In this document: positions 16,394 through 22,248 of the stretch, piece by piece
Layout of the letters: each line of letters begins with the position of its first letter
Numbering within the stretch: the first letter of the stretch is position 1
DNA from: Pseudomonadota bacterium
GTDB lineage: Bacteria; UBA10199; 2-02-FULL-44-16; JAAZCA01
Length of the DNA stretch: 22,248 nucleotides
Direction: 5' to 3'
Assembly: GCA_043822785.1 (NCBI GenBank)
Contig: JBDRBN010000039.1
Location: 1-22,248, forward strand
Program-made: the position numbers and the translations under genes
Notes under the pieces: model-generated
The model's input: the letters and a program-made list of their open reading frames with translations, nothing else
Told to the model about the DNA's origin: nothing
Databases searched by the model: none

Positions 16394-17446
16394 ATGAAAC
16401 TAATAATCGAAAAACTAATAAATGGTGGAAATGGGATGGGCGTTTGCGATGGCAAGCGCATCTTTGTTCCATATTCTGCACCTAAAGATGTGCTTGAAGT
16501 GGAGATCTCAAGTGATCACGCAAGTTACCAAGAAGCGTGCATCAAGAAGATCATAAAGCCTGCGCCCTGTCGCGTTAAACCTCTCTGCCCAGTTTTTGGA
16601 AAATGCGGTGGCTGTCAGTGGCAGCACATAAACTATGATGAGCAACTCAAATGGAAACAAGCCATTCTCGTCGAGACGCTTGAGCGAGTAGGACAAATTT
16701 CAAAACCAATTGTATTGGAGACCCTTGCGTCGCCTAAGCAATGGCACTATCGCAACCGCATGCAACTTCACGTGGATTCATGCGGCCGCGTTGGCTATTA
16801 TCGCCCACGTTCAAAAGAGGTTGTGGAGTTTGAGTCCTGCTTCATCGCAGACGAGACCCTAAACCGCGAGCTCGTAGAGCGCAGGCAAGGGATAAGCAAG
16901 CGTTCTAAGGGAATTGCGCTACGCACAGGCACAGAGGAAAGCTTTTCGCAGGTAAATGCATCTCAGAATATTAATTTGCGAAAACTGCTATGCGATTGGC
17001 TTTTGGATGTGCCGCACTCAAAGGTTTGCGAGCTCTACGCTGGCTCTGGCAACTTCACTATTTCAATAGCCCAAATCGCAGACCATGTTATTGCCTCAGA
17101 AATAGACAAAAGGGCTGTGAAGTTTGCAGCCGAAAAGATGGCTGGCGCTGGCATAAGTAACGTGAACTTTGCCTGCATGCCTGCTGAAAAAGCAGTTAAC
17201 CTTCATGCAGCGCATTCTGATGTGGTGGTAATCGATCCGCCCAGAAAGGGATGCGCCGAGGTGAGTACTGCCATTGCCAAGGCTTGTCCTTTATCCATCC
17301 TCTATATCTCCTGCGATCCGGCAACTCTTGCCCGCGATGTAAAGACCCTAAGCGAGCATGGCTATAGGCACGTTCATACAAAGCCTGTGGATATGTTTCC
17401 CCAAACTTTTCATATCGAGTCTCTAACATTGTTGAAACATATTTAA
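16394..17446 (+). CDS. RNA m5U methyltransferase, RlmD/TrmA family (compact)
   Basis: TRAM-like N-terminus, CPVFGKCGGCQWQH Fe-S motif, YRNR, FSQVN, LYAGSG SAM site, DPPRKG, YISCDPATLARD (catalytic Cys) and DMFPQT.HIE. Confidence 0.9.
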   Translation: MKLIIEKLINGGNGMGVCDGKRIFVPYSAPKDVLEVEISSDHASYQEACIKKIIKPAPCRVKPLCPVFGKCGGCQWQHINYDEQLKWKQAILVETLERVGQISKPIVLETLASPKQWHYRNRMQLHVDSCGRVGYYRPRSKEVVEFESCFIADETLNRELVERRQGISKRSKGIALRTGTEESFSQVNASQNINLRKLLCDWLLDVPHSKVCELYAGSGNFTISIAQIADHVIASEIDKRAVKFAAEKMAGAGISNVNFACMPAEKAVNLHAAHSDVVVIDPPRKGCAEVSTAIAKACPLSILYISCDPATLARDVKTLSEHGYRHVHTKPVDMFPQTFHIESLTLLKHI

Positions 17447-17518
17447 TTTTTCCGCGTCCGCATCCGCGCCCGACAATCAACCTATTGAAATAACGAATGT
17501 TTTATTTCCCGTCCTTCC

Positions 17519-17546
17519 TTGACAAGTCAAAAGCTTATGATAAAAG
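17519..17546 (+). promoter_or_regulatory. Candidate sigma70 promoter of the rpsU operon
   Basis: TTGACA at 17519-17524 and TGaTAAAAG 16 nt downstream (imperfect -10). An IHF-like site with one mismatch is on the minus strand at 17478-17490. Confidence 0.4.
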
Positions 17547-17622
17547 TATCCAACTTTTATACTATGTATGCAGTAATGTGGCTTATTTGCTATAAATCCC
17601 ATTCAGGAAGGGGTGATGTTAC

Positions 17623-17805
17623 ATGCCAGGAATAAAAGTGCGCGAAGGCGAGACCTTTGAACAAGCACTCCGTCGCTTCAAGAAACAGTGCGAAAAAGCA
17701 GGAATTCTTTCTGAGCTGCGCAAGCGCGAACACTACGAAAAGCCATCCATAAAGAAAAAGAAGAAGATGCAGGCTGCAGCAAAAAAACGCACTCGCAAAT
17801 ATTAA
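17623..17805 (+). CDS. rpsU: 30S ribosomal protein S21
   Basis: [35 protein letters not shown]. Confidence 0.98.
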   Translation: MPGIKVREGETFEQALRRFKKQCEKAGILSELRKREHYEKPSIKKKKKMQAAAKKRTRKY

Positions 17806-17898
17806 TGTATAGGAATTTCAAAGGTTGAAATACGAATAACGCTTGTCCGCCGACGCTTTAGTGGCGGGAAAAACGTCTGCCAGCAGGCAGGAATTACG

Positions 17899-17921
17899 AA
17901 AAAGCGCTTTGCGCTTTTTTT
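17899..17921 (+). terminator. Hairpin plus T-tract between rpsU and yqeY
   Basis: AAAAAGCGC-TTT-GCGCTTTTTTT, the inverted copy of 956-975. Confidence 0.55.
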
Positions 17922-17929
17922 GGGGTAGA

Positions 17930-18379
17930 ATGTTACTCAAACAAGAGATAAATAAACAGCTCAAAGAGGCGATGAAAGCCAAAGATACGCTGCGTCTTAA
18001 TTGTTTGCGCCTTATGATCGCTGCGCTTAAGAACCAAGAGATCGAAAAGAGGGGCGAGCTCGACGATGCTGAATCACTCAAGGTGCTTAGCAAGCTTGCC
18101 AAACAGCGCAACGAATCCATAGAGATTTATAAGAATGCAGGCCGCACTGAGCTTGCTGACAAAGAGTCGGCTGAGCTTGCGCTCATAGAATCCTTTTTGC
18201 CTAAAGCATTATCAGACGAAGAGCTTTCAAAGCTCGTCGATGAAACCATTAAAGAAGTAGAAGCTTGCGACCCCAAGGACATGGGCAAGGTCATGAAGGT
18301 CATAGGTCCAAAGGTTGCTGGGCGTGCTGATGGTAAAAAGGTGAGCGAAGCGGTAAGGGCAACTTTAGCCAAGCTTTGA
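17930..18379 (+). CDS. yqeY: GatB/YqeY domain protein
   Basis: LKEAMKAKD..RL..LR...AAL, KQRNESI..Y..AGR.EL..KE..E and DMGKVM...V.GRADG. ATG at 17930; the longer ORF runs through hairpins. Confidence 0.93.
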   Translation: MLLKQEINKQLKEAMKAKDTLRLNCLRLMIAALKNQEIEKRGELDDAESLKVLSKLAKQRNESIEIYKNAGRTELADKESAELALIESFLPKALSDEELSKLVDETIKEVEACDPKDMGKVMKVIGPKVAGRADGKKVSEAVRATLAKL

Positions 18380-18398
18380 GCAACATCGGATATTCTAA

Positions 18399-20201
18399 AT
18401 GTTCAGCAAGTCCACCCTCAATGAAATAAGGGATCGCATTTCTATAGCAAGCCTTATTGGTGAGCGCATCCCGCTTAAGAAAGCAGGCCGCAACCTCAAA
18501 GGCCTGTGTCCATTTCATAACGAGAAAACCCCATCCTTTAATGTGAATGATGAAAAAGGCATTTACCATTGTTTTGGTTGTGGCGAAGGTGGCGATGCCT
18601 TTCAGTTCATGATGAAGTTTGATGGCGTTTCGTTTAGCGATGCGGTGCGCTATCTCGCTTCAAAAGCAGGTGTGCAGATCAAAGAAGCTGAACCGTTTGA
18701 GCGGGCCCAGGAGGAAGAGGCAGCAAAGATACGGCGCATGCTTCTTAGCATAAACGAGCTTGCTAGGGCGCACTTTCAAGAGGCGCTAAATGACCCCACA
18801 AGTGGTGCTCATGCGAGGGAGTACCTACAACACCGCGGAATTACTAAAGAATTTTTCACGCAACATCTTCTGGGCTTTGCCGAAAAGGGATGGGACGCAC
18901 TTGCGCATACGCTTGAGGCAAAAGGAGTATCGCTTAAGCTTGCAGCGCAGCTGGGGCTAGTTAAGGCCCGCGAAGGAGGAGGGTATTACGATTTTTTTCG
19001 TAATCGCCTCATATTTCCAATTCGCTCGCCACGAGGCGAGACCATAGGATTTGGTGGAAGGACGCTGGATGATAAGCAAGAAGGAGAGAAACAAGCAAAG
19101 TATCTCAACTCTCCTGATTCGCCTGTGTATCACAAATCCACAAGCGTCTATGGCTTGGACAGAACTGCCGGAGCCATTCGCACAAGGGATCAGGCTGTAC
19201 TCGTGGAGGGCTATATGGATTTCATCGCCCTTCTTCAAGCAGGAATTGAAAATGTAGCTGCGCCTTTAGGAACTGCGCTTACGCAAGGCCATGTATCGCT
19301 TCTTGCGCGTTATACGCGAAACATGGTTCTGGTCTTTGATGGCGATGAGGCAGGCCTTCGCGCTGCGTTTCGTGCTCTCTCGATCTTTATCGAAGCAGGG
19401 ATAATGCCCAGGATTGTAATACTTCCCCAGGGTGAAGATCCGGATAGCGTTGTAAGAAAAGAAGGCGCTGTGGTTTTTCGCGAAAGAATAGAACGCGCAC
19501 GGCCGCTCTTTGAATATTTTGTGGAATTCACGGCAGAGCATACTGGCGTCGATTCGACAGGCAAGAGCGAGGCTCTTAGAAAAATAGTGCCTTTTTTGAG
19601 AAGAGTTTCAGATTCAGTTGATGCCGCGATCCTAAGGCAGCACGTGGCCAGAAGGTTGGATATCGATGAAAATGTCGTGGCCAGGGCAATAGGTTCTAAG
19701 GATGGGGCGTCTGATGAAGCTGTGGTGTCGGCCAGACAGAAAAACCAAGAAGGCGAGGTTAGGAGTGCTGAGAGGTCTGCAGAGCTCATGTTGGTTAAGG
19801 CAATGCTCATGCATCCTGAAACCATAGAAACTGTTTTCGAAAAAGCCGGCCCTGCTCACTTTTGTGATGAATGGTGCAGAACAGTTGTTGGTCTCATCAT
19901 GGATGCAAGGGAAGAATCATCTGAGCCTAATATAAGAGAGATGATAGAAAATATAAGTGATGAGGAGTTGGCAAAACAGCTGCGCGCAATAGCTGTGGAT
20001 TCTGAAAATGAGGACGAAGAAGATCAAAAAGTTGAGATTTTGGTTGCAGACTGCGTTGAGAAGCTTTTGTCAAGGCCAGCGCGCGCTAGGATAGAAGCGA
20101 TAAACGATGACATAAGGCGCGCCCAGAACGAGGGCGACGAGCAAAGAATGATGGCCTTGCTGGCAGAGAAAAATCAGCTCATAAGCAGGGTAAGGCCATA
20201 A
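18399..20201 (+). CDS. dnaG: DNA primase
   Basis: Zinc ribbon CPFHNEKTPSF...CFGC, GFGGR, KYLNSP, TOPRIM VEGYMD and FDGD.AG, DPD. Confidence 0.98.
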   Translation: MFSKSTLNEIRDRISIASLIGERIPLKKAGRNLKGLCPFHNEKTPSFNVNDEKGIYHCFGCGEGGDAFQFMMKFDGVSFSDAVRYLASKAGVQIKEAEPFERAQEEEAAKIRRMLLSINELARAHFQEALNDPTSGAHAREYLQHRGITKEFFTQHLLGFAEKGWDALAHTLEAKGVSLKLAAQLGLVKAREGGGYYDFFRNRLIFPIRSPRGETIGFGGRTLDDKQEGEKQAKYLNSPDSPVYHKSTSVYGLDRTAGAIRTRDQAVLVEGYMDFIALLQAGIENVAAPLGTALTQGHVSLLARYTRNMVLVFDGDEAGLRAAFRALSIFIEAGIMPRIVILPQGEDPDSVVRKEGAVVFRERIERARPLFEYFVEFTAEHTGVDSTGKSEALRKIVPFLRRVSDSVDAAILRQHVARRLDIDENVVARAIGSKDGASDEAVVSARQKNQEGEVRSAERSAELMLVKAMLMHPETIETVFEKAGPAHFCDEWCRTVVGLIMDAREESSEPNIREMIENISDEELAKQLRAIAVDSENEDEEDQKVEILVADCVEKLLSRPARARIEAINDDIRRAQNEGDEQRMMALLAEKNQLISRVRP

Positions 20202-20254
20202 CGCCCCTCCTTTGTAAGAGGGAGAACACGAATTTAAAACTTGTGAGGTAACCA

Positions 20255-22111
20255 GTGCAGAGCAAAAAAACAAAAAAGATAAAAAATACAAACAAGACAA
20301 AAAATGAAAACAAAGAGGTTCAAAATGATCCGGACGATCAGGTTGTCCCTGCTGAAATCAAAGAGGTAAAAAACCTCATAACCAGCGGCAAGGCCAAGGG
20401 CTTTCTTACGGTCGAAGAAGTAAACGATGCCCTTCCGGCTGAAATGACCTCTTCAGCTCAGCTCGATGATGTGCTCTCGCTCTTTGACGATATGGATATC
20501 GAGATCGTCGATTCTGAGGAAGAGGGCAAGGTTCTCAAACGCAGCGCGGAAGCCAGGGAGAAGGTTGAAGAGAAGGTGTCTGCAGCGACTCAACCTGGGC
20601 CAGATTATGGCGTGCGCACTGTAGATCCGGTGCGCATGTATCTTCGTAAGATGGGTCAGGTGGCGCTTTTAACGCGCGAGGGCGAGGTAGAGATCGCCAA
20701 GAGAATCGAACGAGGCCAAAACGAGATGCTGGCTATTCTGCTGTCAAGCCCTTTGGGTGTGGCTCGAGTGTTATCGCTCGGAGAAGATCTGTCCCGCAAT
20801 AGGATTCGTGTAATCTCTATCAGTAGGGATGCTGAAGAGATGGAAGTGGAGCAGCTAGAGGAGTTTGACGAGGCAGGTAACCGTGCTCGCATACTCAAAC
20901 TCATGAGCCGCGTACGCGCCCTGGATAAACAAAGGCGCGAGGCTGAGGGCAAGATCTCCCGCGCAAGCACGTCCAAGAAAGCGCACGCTTCAGCTGAAAA
21001 AAAGGTGGCAGAGGTTCAGGAGCAGATGCTGGAGTGCTTTAAGGAGATGAAGCTTTCTACAAGAACCATCAATGCCATAGTAGAAGCCTTCCATTCAGTC
21101 ATCGAGCAAGCCGAGGACTATCAAAAAACAATAAACAATTGCGCAAAGGCGCTTTGCTTTGAGTCAGACGAACTCAAAGAACGCATAAAGGAATACAAGC
21201 GCACAGATTACCAGAAACGAAAGGTCGTAAAAGAAACTGGTTTAAACCGCGATGAGATCACTGATACGATTAAGGAATTCGAAAGGGTAGAGAAGGAGAA
21301 GAATTCTTTAGAGCGAAGTGCCGGTCAAAACATCGAGGGACTGCGAACTACCTATAGAGAGATAAAAAGAGCAGAGCAGTTTGCAGAGCGCGCCAAGAGT
21401 GAGCTCATAGAGGCAAACCTTCGCCTCGTGGTTTCTATTGCCAAGAAATACACCAACCGCGGCCTTCAGTTCCTCGATCTCATTCAGGAGGGCAACATCG
21501 GCCTTATGAAGGCAGTGGATAAGTTTGAGTATCGTCGTGGCTACAAGTTTTCTACCTATGCGACATGGTGGATAAGGCAGGCCATAACGCGTGCCATAGC
21601 AGATCAGGCTCGTACCATACGCATTCCAGTGCATATGATCGAGACCATAAACAAGCTTGTGCGCACGTCTCGCTATCTAGTTCAAGATTTAGGTCGCGAG
21701 CCTAGCCCAGAGGAGATTGCAGTAAAGATGGAACTTCCGTTAGAAAAAGTGCGAAAGGTTTTAAAAATTGCCAAGGAGCCCATCTCTTTAGAAACACCCA
21801 TCGGTGAAGAAGAGGATAGCCACCTCGGAGATTTTATCGAGGATAAGTCTGTAGTCTCGCCATCTGATTCTGTGGTAAATGTAAATTTGTCAGATCAGAC
21901 GCGCCAGGTGTTGGCCACCCTAACTCCGCGCGAGGAAAAGGTGCTTCGCATGCGCTTTGGCATAGGTGAAAAGTCGGATCATACCCTAGAGGAAGTGGGT
22001 AGGGATTTTTCTGTTACCAGAGAGCGCATAAGGCAGATAGAGGCCAAGGCGCTGCGCAAGCTGCGCCATCCAAGCAGAGCCAAGAAGTTGAAGAGCTTTG
22101 TGGACTGGTAA
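20255..22111 (+). CDS. rpoD: RNA polymerase primary sigma factor
   Basis: Region 1.1, [11 protein letters not shown], long non-conserved region, [42 protein letters not shown] and [15 protein letters not shown]. The GTG start is approximate. Confidence 0.98.
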   Translation: MQSKKTKKIKNTNKTKNENKEVQNDPDDQVVPAEIKEVKNLITSGKAKGFLTVEEVNDALPAEMTSSAQLDDVLSLFDDMDIEIVDSEEEGKVLKRSAEAREKVEEKVSAATQPGPDYGVRTVDPVRMYLRKMGQVALLTREGEVEIAKRIERGQNEMLAILLSSPLGVARVLSLGEDLSRNRIRVISISRDAEEMEVEQLEEFDEAGNRARILKLMSRVRALDKQRREAEGKISRASTSKKAHASAEKKVAEVQEQMLECFKEMKLSTRTINAIVEAFHSVIEQAEDYQKTINNCAKALCFESDELKERIKEYKRTDYQKRKVVKETGLNRDEITDTIKEFERVEKEKNSLERSAGQNIEGLRTTYREIKRAEQFAERAKSELIEANLRLVVSIAKKYTNRGLQFLDLIQEGNIGLMKAVDKFEYRRGYKFSTYATWWIRQAITRAIADQARTIRIPVHMIETINKLVRTSRYLVQDLGREPSPEEIAVKMELPLEKVRKVLKIAKEPISLETPIGEEEDSHLGDFIEDKSVVSPSDSVVNVNLSDQTRQVLATLTPREEKVLRMRFGIGEKSDHTLEEVGRDFSVTRERIRQIEAKALRKLRHPSRAKKLKSFVDW

Positions 22112-22117
22112 TTGCTT

Positions 22118-22248
22118 CAAGGTAAACCCCCAGCTCTGCTGGGGGACTCACAGGGTTTGACATTTGCGGGAGTAAAAAACAGCCTCCGAACCGTGAACCG
22201 CCCAAGGCTCAACGGCAAGGAGGCCCGATGCATGATGCAGCCTCGTTA
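22118..22248 (+). mobile_element. Probable IS200/IS605-family element, left end (truncated)
   Basis: Subterminal hairpin CCCCCAGC-TCT-GCTGGGGG (22127-22145) without a T-tract, TTGACA at 22157, and a second stem GCCTCC(22182)...GGAGGC(22224) occluding an AAGGAGG RBS. An ATG follows at 22228. Confidence 0.65.
22228..22248 (+). CDS. tnpA: Start of probable Y1 (HUH) transposase TnpA, partial
   Basis: MHDAASL after a strong RBS resembles the MxDxxSLSH N-terminus of IS200 TnpA. Only 7 codons are visible. Confidence 0.5.

Noticed and set aside
17843..17929. Extended yqeY N-terminus
   Set aside because: It translates the intergenic hairpins; the family start matches ATG 17930.
20203..20224. Weak stem CCCTC...GAGGG between dnaG and rpoD
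   Set aside because: Short and imperfect with no T-tract; not supportable as a terminator.
22127..22145. Hairpin as the intrinsic terminator of rpoD
   Set aside because: It lacks a U-tract, and the context fits an IS200 left end better.

Overview
This is a mostly housekeeping chromosomal segment from a Gram-negative bacterium. The gene set and order (a stand-alone atpZ/I-atpI-atpB-atpE F0 operon with a signal-peptide-bearing c subunit, hpnH-hpnG, rpsU-yqeY-dnaG-rpoD) suggest a deltaproteobacterial-type lineage; this is an inference. Left to right, it holds: the 5' end of a probable group II intron on the minus strand, leaving the window at position 1; an esterase, an outer-membrane beta-barrel and a HAD phosphatase; a minus-strand hopanoid side-chain operon (hpnH, hpnG-like, unknown membrane-anchored protein); F0 ATP synthase genes; an RNHCP protein; an AT-richer patch (coiled-coil protein, KynB-like cyclase, orphan type IV prepilin); kce; a beta-propeller lipoprotein; smc-ftsY-rlmD-like; rpsU-yqeY-dnaG-rpoD; and the left end of a probable IS200-type element leaving the right edge. 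The intergenic DNA is rich in small repeats: three TGTCAT...ATGACA palindromic elements, a 27-bp direct repeat bracketing the F0 operon, a 20-bp hairpin present twice, and 6-, 7- and 9-mer micro-arrays. I could not support a large new multi-gene system. The best leads are the two edge mobile elements missed by the ORF track, the palindromic element family, and the unknown gene coupled to hpnG.
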